Below are positions 42,261 through 58,160 of a DNA stretch of 64,000 nt, in pieces. The stretch is taken from NCBI GenBank assembly GCA_014905635.1, contig JABVCE010000011.1:744001-808000 (forward strand), given 5' to 3'. A program made the position numbers and the translations under genes. Under the pieces are notes generated by a model. It worked only from the letters and a program-made list of their open reading frames with translations, made no database searches and was not told the DNA's origin. Origin of the DNA: Scenedesmus sp. PABB004 (Eukaryota). Numbering within the stretch: position 1 is the first letter of the stretch; each line of letters starts with the position of its first letter.

Positions 42261-44950
42261 ATGCCCGGGCGCCCCGGCTCGCGTGCGGCGCTGCTGCTTC
42301 TGGTTCTGCTCAGCGCCGTGCAGCGAGCGGCGCCCGCGGAGTGGGAGGCCAGGCCGTGAGCAGCGCTCGCCGGCAGCAGCGCGCCCCGGCGCCGGCGCCG
42401 CCGCGGCCGTGTGGGCTCAGGCGCGCCTCCCGCGGGCCCGCAGGTACGCTCTGGTCAACCCGGTGCCGGGCACGAGCCACCTCAAGGTCGCGGAGGAGGG
42501 GCTCGCGCTGCTCAACAGCATCTCGAGCGCCGTCGCGCCGGTCGTCGTGATCGGGCCCTACCGCAGCGGCAAGAGCTTCCTGCTCAACCAGCTGCTCGGC
42601 GTGCCATGCAGTGAGCGCGCGGGGCCGCGCCGGCGGCGCGCGCGCGGCGGCCAGCCCCGCCCAGCGGGCGGTCGGGCGTCGCGCGCCGACGCGGCGGCCG
42701 CCGCCGCGCGCAGATGCCGGCTTTGGCGTGGGGCACACGCGCGAGACGGAGACCAAGGGCATCTGGGTGTGGGGGCGGCCGCAGCCGGTCGGGGAGGGCG
42801 CCGGCGCGCGCACGGTGAGGCGGCGGCAGCATGGCGTGGTCGCGTCGCCAGGGCGGGCCGCGAGCCCCCCCCCCCACGCACATGCACACACACGCACGCA
42901 TACGCACGCACACGCACACACGCGCTCTCTCTCCCTCGCCGCGCCCGCGCGCAGCTGCTGTTCATCGACACCGAGGGCTTTGAGTCGACCGGCCGCTCCA
43001 ACAGCTACGACGACCGCGTGTTTGCTGTCGCGACCGTGCTGAGCAGCCTCCTCATCTACAACCTGCCCGAGACCATCCGCGGCAGCGACGTCAGCAAGCT
43101 CAGCTTCGTCGTCGAGCTCGCCGCGGGCTTCTACGACGCCGCCAACAAGGCGCGCCGACGCCCGCGCCTGCGCGCGCTCCCACCCCGCCCCCTGGGCGCG
43201 CGCCCACCCCGCCGCGCCGCGCCGCGCCGGGCCGCGCGCACGCAGAGCGCGGCGGCGGTGCCCGTCGAGCCGGGCGCGATGCTGTGGGTCATTCAGCGCG
43301 ACTTCCTGCGCGGCAAGTCGGTGCAGGCGCTCGTGGACGAGGCGCTGGCGCCCGTCCCCAACCCGGGGCGCGACAAGGCGATCGGGGAGACCAACGCCAT
43401 CCGTGCCGGCCTCGCGAGCATCGCGCGCAACAGCACTGGCTTCAGCCTCCCGCAGCCCCACCTCGACCGCACGCGGCTTTGCGAGCTGCGCGACGACGAG
43501 GCGCGGCGCGCGCCGCCCGGGCTGCCTGCCCTCTGGCCGCTGCGCCCGCGCCGCGCGTCGTGCGCTGGCCGCGCCGCCGCGCTGACGCGCCGCGCCGCCG
43601 CGCCGCCGCGCCGCAGCTCGCGCCGGCGTACGTGGCGCAGCGCGACGCGCTGCGCGCGCTCGTGCGCGGCGCGGCGGGGCCCAAGGTCGTCGGCGGCGCG
43701 CCGCTCGACGGCCCGCGGCTCGGGCGGCTGCTGGGCAGCCTGGTGTCGGCGCTGAACGCCAAGGAGATCCCCACGGGCGCGGGGCTGATCGAGTCTTTCA
43801 ACCGCGAGGCGGTGGCCAAGGCGCTCGCACGCTACGCGGACGCGCTCGACCGCGCCGTGTCGCTGCCCGTCGACGCGGCCGCGCTGGAGGAGGTGCGGCC
43901 GGGGGCGCAGGCGGCGCGCGGGCGCGCGGGCGCTGGGCGGCGCACGCGCGCGCGCGAGCACTTTGGACACCGCCCCGCCCGCCCGTGTTGCGCGCCGCGC
44001 GCGCGCAGGCGGACGCCGCCGCGCGCGCCGCCGCGCTCGTGGTGTTCCGGGAGCAGCTGCTGGGCCGGCGGCAGGCGGACGCGCTGCAGGCGCAGCTCGA
44101 GGCGGCCATGGCCAAGGAGGGCAAGGCCAAGGCGACCGCCAACGTGGCAGAGTCGAACGAGCTCTGCCAGGTGGGTGTGGGGGGGGGGGGACACCCGGTC
44201 GGGGCGCGGCGGCGGCGGCGGCCCCCTCGGGGGTGCTGCCGCCGCTGCCCACAGCGCCGCCCGCGCCCGCGCCCGCGCGCGCCGCCCGCGGCAGGGGCTC
44301 GAGCTGGCGTGCATGCGGCTGCTGGACGGCGCGGGGAGCGCGCTGCAGGTGCCGTCGATGTACCAGTTTGAGGGGCGCTATCACACCTGCGAGCGGGCCT
44401 TCAACGTGAGGCGGGCGCGAGGGAGGGGGAGCCCCGCGCCGCGCTGACCGCTCACCACCACCCGCCCGCGCCGCGCCGCGCCGCGCCGCGCCGCGCGCAG
44501 GCCAAGTGCGTCGGCCCCGCGCGCAACGCGAGCGCGGAGCGCCTCGCGCTCAGCTGGCGGCGCGCGCGGGGGCAGTTTGCGGCCGACTACAACGACCGCC
44601 TGTTTGGCGGGCTCGTGCTGTGCGGCGTGGCGGCGATCGTGGTGTTCCGCTTCGTCGTGCGCGTCGCGGTGCTCGAGGCGGCCGGCTGGGGCGCCGTCAT
44701 CTTCCTCGAGGTCTACCCCCAGCTCTTCGGCCGCGCCGGCGGCATGTACGCGACGGCCTGGTGGCACGCGACGACGCGCGTGTGGGAGGGCGTGATGCTG
44801 CTGCTCTTCGGCGCGCACGGCGCCGCGCTGTGGGGCGGCACCGCGCTGTGCGCCGCGCTCGCGTGGCGGCGGCTGCGCGCGCGGCGCGCGGCGCGCAAGA
44901 AGACGGTGCTGACGTCGCGCGCGGGCGACGTGCGCGACCTGGACGTGTAA
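42261..44950 (+). CDS. Guanylate-binding protein (GBP/atlastin-family GTPase) with signal peptide and C-terminal TM helices
   Basis: MPGRPGSRAALLLLVLLSA; P-loop GPYRSGKS; GVGHTRETETKGIWVW; DTEG; WVIQRDF; hydrophobic C-terminal segments; TAA 44950. Confidence 0.88.
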
Positions 44951-45885
44951 CGCGCGGCACCGTGCGAATCCAACACGCGGCAGTGGCTGGGGCCGCGCGC
45001 GCCAGGCCACGCGGCGGACCGTCGTCGGGCAGGAGCGCCGCCGCACTCGGCGGCGTCCTTGCTCGCCCCTGCGGCGGGAGGCCACTGAGCTGCGCGCCGA
45101 ACTCCCGGCTGCGCCGCCTGGGTGGCCGACGGCCCTGACCGGCGGGAGGCGATGCTGCCATGCTGGCCAGGGCCCGCGGTGCGCGCACCACGCGCAGCCA
45201 CGCCTGGCCGGCCACGGCACGGCACCACCTCCAGACGCATTTGCGCGCCCGGCGGGGCCGCGCGGCGCGCGCAGCGCCGGCGGATAGTCACCAGCGCTGA
45301 ACCCTTGAGCCCTTCCTCGAATAGGATTGCGCCCAGCGGCGCCGCGCGGCGGCGGCAAGGGGCGCGCGAGCGGCGGCCGGCCAGGACAGGGCGCTGAGCG
45401 CGCGCGACAGCACCGCGCGGCCGCGTAGGCGCGAGGCCGAGGGCGCGTTCAAAGGCCAAAGTCCTCCCACCGACGCAGCGCGCGCCCCCGACCGCCAAGG
45501 CAGCGCCAAGTCGATCGTCATGGCTCCCCGCGCGGCCGGACGCGCCGTCTGGGCGCGCCCGGCAGATACCTAGCACCCGCAGCACAGGCACGCGCAGCGT
45601 CCGCCGGGCGTCTAAGAGGTGAGCGCCGGGAGTTTACAGAAGGGGGGGCCCGCGCGCCGCGTCGTCGGCATTGGCGCGCGCCCGGGGCGGCCACCTCCAA
45701 CCACGGATGCCGCCGCGCCGCGCTGGCCGCGCCGCAGGGCGCCCGGCCGGTCGCTCCACCCTGCCTGCAGCGCCCCGCGCCCGAAGCGCCGCCGCGCGGC
45801 GCGCGCCGGCGGCAGGGCGGACCGGGCGGGTAGGGAATCACTGGGCCTAGGAGCGCCGCCGGCGACGGCAGGCCCTGCGCGGCGC

Positions 45886-48800
45886 ATGGAGGCCCTCGGC
45901 GACGTGATGCACCCCCACGACATGGCCCTGCCCGCCGGCGCGCCGCTGGGCCACCACGGCGGCGGCGGGCCCGCCGGCGCGGCGGGGGCGGGCGCGCACG
46001 ACGGCCCGGGCGGCGGCGCCGCCGACGTGCAGCTGCTCCTCGACCGCGTGAGCCAGCTGGAGAGCTACAAGGCGCACCTGGAGCACGAGAACAAGGCGAT
46101 GCACCAGCAGCTGCAGGTGCTGTCGGGCTTCCTCAACGTCGTGAGCACGAGCGTGCGCGCGACCGAGGACATGCTGTTCACGCCGCCCCCCGGCGCGGAG
46201 CCGCAAGCCCTGCCCGGCCACACCGGCGGCGGCGACGCGAGCGCGGTGCCCAGCAACAGCGCCGCGACGGCGACGGCGCACCACCACGGCGGCGGCAGCA
46301 GCGGCCAGCCGGCGGCCGCGGCCGCGGCGCAGCAGCAGCCGCAGCCGCAGCCGCAGCAGCAGCAGCACCACCACCAGCAGTCGTCGCCGCAGCAGCAGCA
46401 GCACCACCACCACCAGCACCAGCCGCACCAGCAGCACCAGCTGCGACAGCAAGAGGCGCCCGCGTCGCAGCAGCGGCCGGCGGCGCCGGACGCCTCGCAG
46501 CAGCAGCCGCAGGCGCAGTGGCAGGCCCCTGAGCAGCCCCAGCAGCAGCAGCCCGGCGCACACGCCGCGGGCATCGCCACTGGCGCGAGCTACGGGGCCG
46601 AGGGCGCCGCGGTGGCGGCGCAGCAGCAGTCGCAACAGCCCGAGCAGCAGCAGCCGGAGCAGCAGCCCCCCGAGCCGGCGCCCAAGCAGCAGCAGCAGCA
46701 GACCGCGCAGCAGCCCGGCCCGCACCCTGCTGCAGCGCCGGCCACGGCGGCGGGCGGCGGCAGCGTCCGCCGCCGCTCCTCTGCGTCGGAGCTGGCAGCC
46801 GCAGACGGCGGCGGCGGCGGCCGCGCCAGCAAGCGCGCGCGCAGCGACCCGCCGCAGGCTGCGGCGGCGGCCGCGGCGGCGGCGGCTGCCGCGGCCGCGG
46901 CGGCGGCGGCGGCGGCGCAGCAGCAGCAGCTCGGGGCGCAGGCGGGCGCGTACGTGCCGCAGGCGCACGCCGCCGCGGTCGCGGCGGCCGCGGCGCAGCA
47001 GCAGCAGCAGCACGCCGCCGCGCTCGCGGCGATGCAGCAGCAGCAGCAGCTCGGCGCGTGGGGCGGCGTCGGCGGGCCGGAGCTGTGCCTGCGCCTGACC
47101 AAGATCCGCGGTGCGACGGTGCTGCACGGCGACGAGGTGTCGCTGTACCGCATCGAGGTGCTGCGCCACGGTGCGTTTGAAAAGTTCCTCTTCCTGCCCA
47201 GCGACGCCGTGCCGCTCTACGGCGTGCGCGCGTGGACGCACCGCGACGCCATCCCGCAGGAGCTGCTCAAGATGGTGCGCGCCGCGCCGCCGCGCGCCGC
47301 CGCGCGCCGCCGCGTGTGGCAGCCGCGCCGCGCCGCGCCCCGCTGCGCGCGGCAGCCGCGGCCGCCTCGCCGCCGGCCCGCCCACGCTGCTGCGCTGCCC
47401 GCGCGCGCGCGCGCAGGTTGAGAACTGCCTGACCACCAAGGCGGTCAGCAGCGAGCAGTACATGGATGAGGTGAAGGCGATGAAGGCCGTGCTGCTGCCC
47501 CACTGCCCCCACCTCACGCGCTGGGGCCTGGGGAGCAACAAGGTGCGCGCGGCGCGGCCGTGGGCGCCTGCGCGGCGGCGGCGGCGGCGGCGCGCGCGGC
47601 GGCGGCGGCGGCGCGCAGCAGCTGCGGCGGCGGCGCGCAGCAGCTGCGGGCCGCCGTCCGACCCGCCCCGCCCGCGCCGCGGCGGCCGCGCAGGTGCGGC
47701 TGGTGACCGAGTCGGGCATGCGCGACCTGGTGGCGCGGCTGCACCGCACGATGCAGAAGCAGGGCACCATGCTGCTGCCTGTGACGTGAGCGCAGCGGCG
47801 CGCCGGGCCCCCGCGCCCGCGCCCCCGCGCCCCCGCGCCCCCGCCCGCTGGCAGCGGCCGACGCGGCCCCGCGCGCGCTGCCGCCGCCGGCCGCCGCGCA
47901 GGCTGGACGTGGACGTGTCGTGGCTGTCGGCGCTGGACGCGCCGCAGGTGCCCGTGCAGCTCTGGTCCGCGCCGGTGTACAGCCGGCGGCTGAGCCAGGT
48001 GGCAGACATGCCCTACGCCGCGGCGGCCGCCGCGGCGGCGGCGATGCACCACCACAGCGTCGCGGCGGCCATGGCCGCGGCGGCGGCCGCCGGCAGCAGC
48101 GGCCTGCCCGCCGCGAGCCACGACAGCAGCCCCAGCCAGAGCGGCACGGTCACGGCGTCGGGCGGCATGGTCGGCGGCGCAGAGGCGATGTACCACCACG
48201 CCGCGCACCACCACCTGCTGCCGGGCGTGCCGGGCGTGCCGGACGGCCTGCTGCAGATGACCCTGCTGCACGGCGGCGGCGGCAGCGGCGCCTACTACGG
48301 CGGCCCCCACGACCTCGGCGCACACCACCACCCCGGCATGCTGCCGCACGCGCACGGCGGCGGCCTCGGCGGCCTGCCGCCGCTGCAGCAGGTGCACGGC
48401 GGCCACGTCGCGCGGCAGGGCAGCGCCGACCCCAGCCTCGGCAACAGCAGCGGCGGCTACGCGCCGCCGCCGTACGCGCCGTACTCGGCCGCGCTCGGCG
48501 CGCCGGGCCTGGGCGGCATGGCCACGCAGGGCAGCCGCACCGACCTGGGCGCGCCGCCGCCGGGCGACGCGGCGGCGCTCGCGGCGCAGGCCGCCGCGCT
48601 CGCGCCGCACGGCACCGCCGCGCACGCGGCCGCACACGCGGGCGCGCAGCAGCCGGCGCAGCCGCCGTCGCCGCTGGCCGCGGCCGCGCCGCGCGGCGGC
48701 CCGCAGCAGCCGGCGGGCGGCGGTCAGGCGAGGCAGCCGGCCAACCCGTCGCCGCCGGGCGAGGCCGGCAGCAACGGCAGCAGCGACTCGACGATGGCCG

Positions 48801-49066
48801 ACGCCGTCGCGGGGCTGCAGGCGCTGAGCCGTCAGGACGCGGCCAAGGCCGCAGCGAGCGCCGCGGCGGCCAAGGCCGCGGCGGCGGCGGCGGCGCCCGA
48901 CGCCGACGCGCGGCAGCGCGACCAGCAGCAGCAGCCCGGCGGCGGGGAGGCCAGCGGCGAGGGCGGCGCGCCCGACGCCGCCGGCGCGCGGCCGGACGCC
49001 GCGCTGGACGCCGCCGCGATGTGCAGCGCGGCCGCCGCGGCGGCCGCCATCACCGTGCAGCAGTGA
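45886..49066 (+). CDS. Uncharacterised Gln/His/Ala-rich protein with N-terminal coiled coil and a central globular domain, 4 exons
   Basis: ATG 45886; heptads LLDRVSQLESYKAHLEHENKAMHQQL; complex central segment (ELCLRLTKIRG...ELLKM|VENCL...SNK|VRLV...PVT|LDVDVSW) with clean GT-AG introns; TGA 49066. Confidence 0.7.
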
Positions 49067-50644
49067 GCCGGCGCGGGGCGGTGCCAACCCAGGCGTGGCG
49101 AGGAACTGGGCGGCCTGCAGGGGGCGCGGCGCTTGCCCCTGCCCCTGCCGCGCTGCAGGCGCGCGCCGGCGCATGCTGGCGGCGCCGCGCACCACCGCAG
49201 CGGCATCTACTAGCGGGGCCACTTCAACCCCGCCGAACAAACTCACGCAGCGCGCGCGCCCGCATCCGCGACCAGGGCGGCATGCGGGCGCGCCGCGCGC
49301 GCGGCGCTCTCGTGCCGCGCGCATTACCTCACCCCCCAACAACAACGAGCTTTTGGCCGCGCGGGGCGGCCAACGCGCCGCCCCCGCGGCCCTGCCAGCA
49401 CTTGGCGGCCGGCCCGCCGCGCGAGCGCGAGTGCGCCGGCGCTGGCGGCCGCGCGGGCAGCAGCCTCTGCCCGCCGCCGCCGACATGTCGCGTCGTCGGT
49501 TTTGAGAAGAGTGTGCGTGTTTGGTCGTGCGTCGGGGTCGTCGGGCGGCGCCGCCGACGGCGCCGCGGCGAGGAAGAGAGCGGCAGCGGCCGCGCGGCGC
49601 TCGCGGTTCCGCGCGCATTCGCTTGCGCGAAGCGCGCGCTCGTTTTGGGGTGCTCGCGGCGCAGCAATTGTTGTCGGCGCGAGAGGGCCGAGCGAGCGAG
49701 GGGCGCGTCTCTGCCGCCGCGGGCGGCGCGCGCGCAGCGGGCGCTGCCAATCTACTACGGGCGGAGCACTGGGGGCTCGCGCCGCCGCATGGCGCGCGCG
49801 GGCGGCTGCGTGGAGGTCTGCGAGCGAGCGAGCGCCGGCGTTAACGTTGTGCAACCGCGAGCGTTGCGTTGAGACCGGCGCCCACCGATACGTTACACCA
49901 GGCGGCGGCTCAGACCGCGCACACGCGAGCGGGTCGGCGCGGAGCTGGTGCCCCGCGCGCGCGTCCAACAGTCGGGTTGAGCAGGCGAGGCCGGCGGCAG
50001 TGGCGCCGCGGCCAGCCGCGCGCAGCGTGGGCGTTCGCGTCAAGCAATCAACAGGGGTGGAGGCCACTGGTGGTACACGGAGGGTCATCTAGTACAGTGC
50101 CAAAGTCGTGGCGCGCCGCCGCGATCAAACGCGCGCGCGCGCCAGTCAGGCCGTGGGCGGCGCCGCGCGCCCACGTGGGCCTCAGCCAACACAAAGAGAA
50201 CGCCGACGAAACGCGTCGGGCGGTCCGCGCGCGCGGCGCCCGGTCGGTCGGTGCCCAAACCCTCCCTCCCTCCCTCCCTCCCTCCGCCGCGCGGGCGGCA
50301 GCGGCGGCAGCGGCCCGCCGCCACAGGCCCACCGCGCGCTCAACGCGCAGAGCGTGTCACGGCGGATCACACGCGCACACACACACTCGCCGGCGCCGGC
50401 GGCGCCGGCGGCGCCGCGCGCGCGGCCTGTGCACACGCTCCACACGCCTCGTCTCGCGGGCGCGGGGGCGGCCGAGCGCGCCCCGCCGGCCCCGAGTGCA
50501 GTGCACCGTTGACTCTGCCGCGCCGCGCCTGCCGCGCCGCCGGCGCCGCCGCGCCCGCAAACCCCTCCCGCCCAGTGTACACGCGCCGGGCCGCGCCCGG
50601 CGCACCCCGCCCCCCGTCGCCCGCACCGCACGCGCTCCGCGCGC

Positions 50645-54288
<3,644 letters not shown>

Positions 54289-54596
54289 GCTGCTCTCGCT
54301 GCTGCTGCTGCTGCGAGGAGCCGAGACGGCGCTGCGGCAGCGCCCGGGCGGGTGGCACGCGAAAGTAGCAACCGAGCGGCGCGGGACTGGGCACGGGCCG
54401 GGCAGCGGCCGAGGAGCTCGACGGCGTCATTTTTGGGGCTTGCGAGCCCCGACACCTGCTCAAGCTCCCCGCGAGCTGGCGACGCGCACTCTGCTGCGCA
54501 CAGCGACGAGGCGAGCGCCGCGCAGCCGACGGAGCAGGCGCAGCAGCCGCCGACGCGGCGGTCGATTGTGGCCGGCAGGCCCGCCGCCCGAGCGCC

Positions 54597-56306
54597 ATGA
54601 TGGCGCTGCAGCAGCGCCGCGCGGTCGCGGGCGGCGTCGCGACCGGCGCGCCCGCCCGGCCGGCGCGCGGCAGCCTGCAGGTGCGCCCGGGCGGCGGCCC
54701 GTCTGTGGCCGGGCGCCCGCCCGCCGCCCCGCGCGGCGCGGGCCTCATCCCGCGCGGCGCGCCGCAGGTGCACGCTGCTCTCACGCGGCAGAAGAAGGAG
54801 GAGGTGGTGAAGGAGCTGACGGGCCGGCTGGAGAAGAGCGTCATCGTGTTTGGCATGCGGCACAAGGGCCTCGACGTGAGCGCGCACGCGCGCCCATTGG
54901 GCGCCAGCAATGGCGCGGCGCACGGAGGGCGGCCCACCCCGCCTCCTGGCGCGGCGCGGGGGCGGGGCGGCGGGCCTGGCGCCCGGCGCGGCGGCCGGCG
55001 CGGCGGCGCTGCTACCGGCGGCCGGCCGCCGCGCCGGCCGCCGCGCGAGCCGCCGCCGCCCCCGCGGCGGCCGGGCAGCTGGGGCGGGGTCGGGGGCACG
55101 CAATTGGGCTGCCCGCGGCAGGCGGCGGGCGAGCCGCGCCGCGCGGCAGCAGCAGCAGCGGCGGGCGGCAGCGCCGGCGGCGGCCGCGCCCGGCACAAGC
55201 CCGGCAGCGTCCGCAGCATCAGCGGCATCAGCGGCGCGAGCTCGGGGGAGGCGCCGCCGCCGGCAGGCGCCCGCCCGACCCGTCGTGCCGCGCCGCCCGC
55301 GCCCGCGCCCTCGCCTCAGGTCGCGACGATGCAGAAGTTCCGGCGGGGCATCCCCGAGAAGTCGAGCGTCTTTGTCTGCAAGAACAGCCTCATGAAGGAG
55401 GCCGTCAAGGTCGTGCCCGGCTGGGAGACGCTCGCGGACAAGGGCTGCACGGTGCGCGCGGCGCGGGCGCGGCGCGGCGCGGGCGCGGGCGGCGGGCTGC
55501 GCCTGCCCGCGGCCGGCGCCCACCCCCCGCGCCGCGCCCCGCCTCACCGCGCCGCCGCCGCGCCGCCGGCCGCAGGGCGAGAACGCGTGGGTGTTTGTGC
55601 ACGAGGACGACATCCCCGACGCGGTCAAGCACTGGCACGCGTTCAGCGGCGAGCTGGAGAAGGAGGCCAAGGCGACCGCGCCCAAGGGCACCGAGCCGCC
55701 CGTGCCGACCAGCCTGTCGTGCGTGATCATGGACAACAAGTACCTCAGCCCCGCGGAGGTGCGGCGCCGGCGGCAGAGACAGGGGGGGGGGGCGTTGGAC
55801 GCGCGGGGAGGCAGGGCGGGCCCAGCCCGGGGCGCGTGCCTGCATGTGCGCGCGTGTCCCTGCATGTGCGCGCGTGTTGTGCGCGCACCACCACGGCGCG
55901 GCGGTGTCTGGCTGATGACAAGCAGATAGGGCAAAATCTGAATCCTCCGTGTCGCACCACTATCTAATGTATTCGTACTGCCTGACAGACGCCACGCGAC
56001 GCGCGTGCCTGCGCGCCGCGCGGGCCGCCGCCGCCGCCGCCGCCGCCGCGCGCGCGCTCACCCCGCCCGCCGCCGCCCGCCCGCGCGCGCGCGCGCGCGC
56101 CGCAGTTCAAGCGCTGCGAGAACCTGCCGACCAAGAAGCAGCTGCAGGCGACCATCGCGCGCCTGCTCAACCAGCCCGCGACCAAGATCGCGGCGGGCGT
56201 GAAGGCCGTGCCGCGCAAGCTCGCGTACGGCATCAAGGCGCTGAGCGAGCTGGACGACGACAAGTCCAAGCTCGTGGGCGACGTCGCCAAGCCCAAGACG
56301 GCCTAG
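54597..56306 (+). CDS. PRPL10: Plastid ribosomal protein L10 (uL10c), 5 exons
   Basis: Transit peptide, then [69 protein letters not shown] 56306; TGTAA 56457-56461. Confidence 0.93.
55906..55990 (+). ncRNA. Intronic box C/D snoRNA, U41 (SNORD41)/snR51-like
   Basis: Terminal stem gtctg (55906-55910)/cagac (55986-55990); box C CTGATGA 55912-55918; D' CTGA 55938-55941; box D CTGA 55982-55985; guide GTATTCGTACTG (55969-55980) complementary to LSU rRNA CAGUACGAAUAC (rRNA sequence recalled, not searched); low-GC island within a GC-rich intron. Confidence 0.85.
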
Positions 56307-57036
56307 GCGGCGCGGGCGGGGGCGCCAGCGCTGGCGCGGGCTGGTCGGGCGGGCGGGGCGCCGCTGGCGGCCGCGCTGCAGCAGCAGCGCGGCCGCCGCG
56401 GCGCGCGGGCGGGCTGGGCGGGCGGGGCGGGGCGGGGCGCAGGATGATCGCGGGATTGTAAGCGGCCGTGCTTGCGGAGCGCGTGTGCGTCATCGCCGCT
56501 TCCGGCCGCCGCCGGAACGCCGCTGCGGCACGGCCCTCGCTCGTGCGCCTGGCAGCGACGACCACGCGCCCGCAGCTGAAGCGCGGAGCTCGCCCAGCAC
56601 CTCGGCAAGTCGCCCTGGCAGGGCTGCGAGCTCAGGGCTCGAGCGCGCCTCGACGACTACTCGCGCTGCGCCATCGCCGTGCAGCGCCGCTCGGCTCGGC
56701 AGCGACAGTCTCGACCGGCCTCCTCGCCCCTGCGAGCAGCGCCGGCAGGGCGCCGCACGCCGCTCACCTCGGTGCCCCCGGGTCGCCCTTGAGCCTGCGG
56801 CGGCACAGCAGCCGGCCGGGGTGTCCCCGCGCCGCGACCGGCGCGCCACGCCCGGCGCCGCGCCCGCAGCGGCCGCCAGAGGGCGGCGATCCGCCTCGCA
56901 TCCTCGGGAGCAGCAGGCCCCGAGCACCGCTCCGGGGGCGCGGCACAGCGCCCGCCAGCCGCGCTCGGGGCACCTCCCACCGCGATGAGCTTGGAGGGGT
57001 GGCCATAAGCAGCAGCAGCCCGCCGGCGGCACCGCC

Positions 57037-58097
57037 ATGGGCAACAGCAGCAGCAGCCCGCGCGGCGGCGACCGCGACGGCGACCAGGGCGCCGTCGGCG
57101 TCACAGGCCGCGCGGTCGGTATCACCGGCGGCGGCGCGCTCAAGCGCCTCGCCGCGCCCAAGCTCCCGCAGGGCGCGGTCAAGAGCCGGCCAGAGGACTT
57201 CGCGTTTATCGAGGTGCGCAGACGCGGCGGCGGCGCTCGCACGACGCGGCGCGCCGCGCCGCCCGCGCCGCGCCGGCGGCAGCGCCCGCGGCGCCGCCGC
57301 CGCCGCCGTCCTCGCGTCCGCGCCGCGCGCTCGCGGGGCGCGAGCAGCGCCCACCGCCGCCCCGCGCGCGCCGCGCCGCCCCTCACCGCCGCGCGCGCGC
57401 ACCACACCTTGACCCCTGCAGGAGAACCTGAACAAGGTGCTCGTGTTCAACAAGCTCGAGCGCCACCTGCAGCGCAAGGTGGTGAGCGAGATGTACGAGC
57501 GCGTCGTGGGCGCGGGCGAGATCCTCATCAAGGAGGGCGACACCGGGCTCGCCGCGAGCGAGCTCTACGTCGTCAAGAGCGGCAAGTTCGAGGTGCGAGG
57601 GCCCGCGGCCCCGCCGCGGCCCGCCGCCGCGGCACGCGCCCGCGCCCGCCCGCGCGGGGGCGCTCGCCGGGGGCGCAGCGCCTGGGGTGGCCTCTGGCGC
57701 ACGAGCCCGACGCCGCCCGCCCGCCGGCGCCCGCGCCGCGCCCGCACGCGCCGCGCGCGCAGGTCCTGCAGCGCCGGCAGGGCGTGAACTTCCGCGTGAA
57801 CCTGAAGGAGCGGGGCGACGTGTTTGGGGAGCTCGCGCTGATGTACAACTGCCCCCGCACCGCGACCGTCGCATCCACGACCGACGCGGTGGTCTGGGTG
57901 CTCGAGCGCGACGTCTTCAGGCGCGCGGCGCGGCGCGGCAGGGAGGGAGGGAGGGGCGCGCAGGGAGGGAGGGGGCTGCGCGCGGCTGCCGCCAGGGATG
58001 CAATGGGCTGGCGGCAGCGGCAGCAGCAGCGGCAGCAGCGGCGGCAGCGGCAGCAGTCGCAGCAGCGGCGGCGGCAGCAGTCGCAGCAGCGGCGGTG

Positions 58098-58160
<63 letters not shown>

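Noticed and set aside
58012..58160. PolyQ tract in the kinase
   Set aside because: It lies in the GC-AG intron 57921-58273. The read-through frame stops at 58209, while splicing restores VFR-YFLR.
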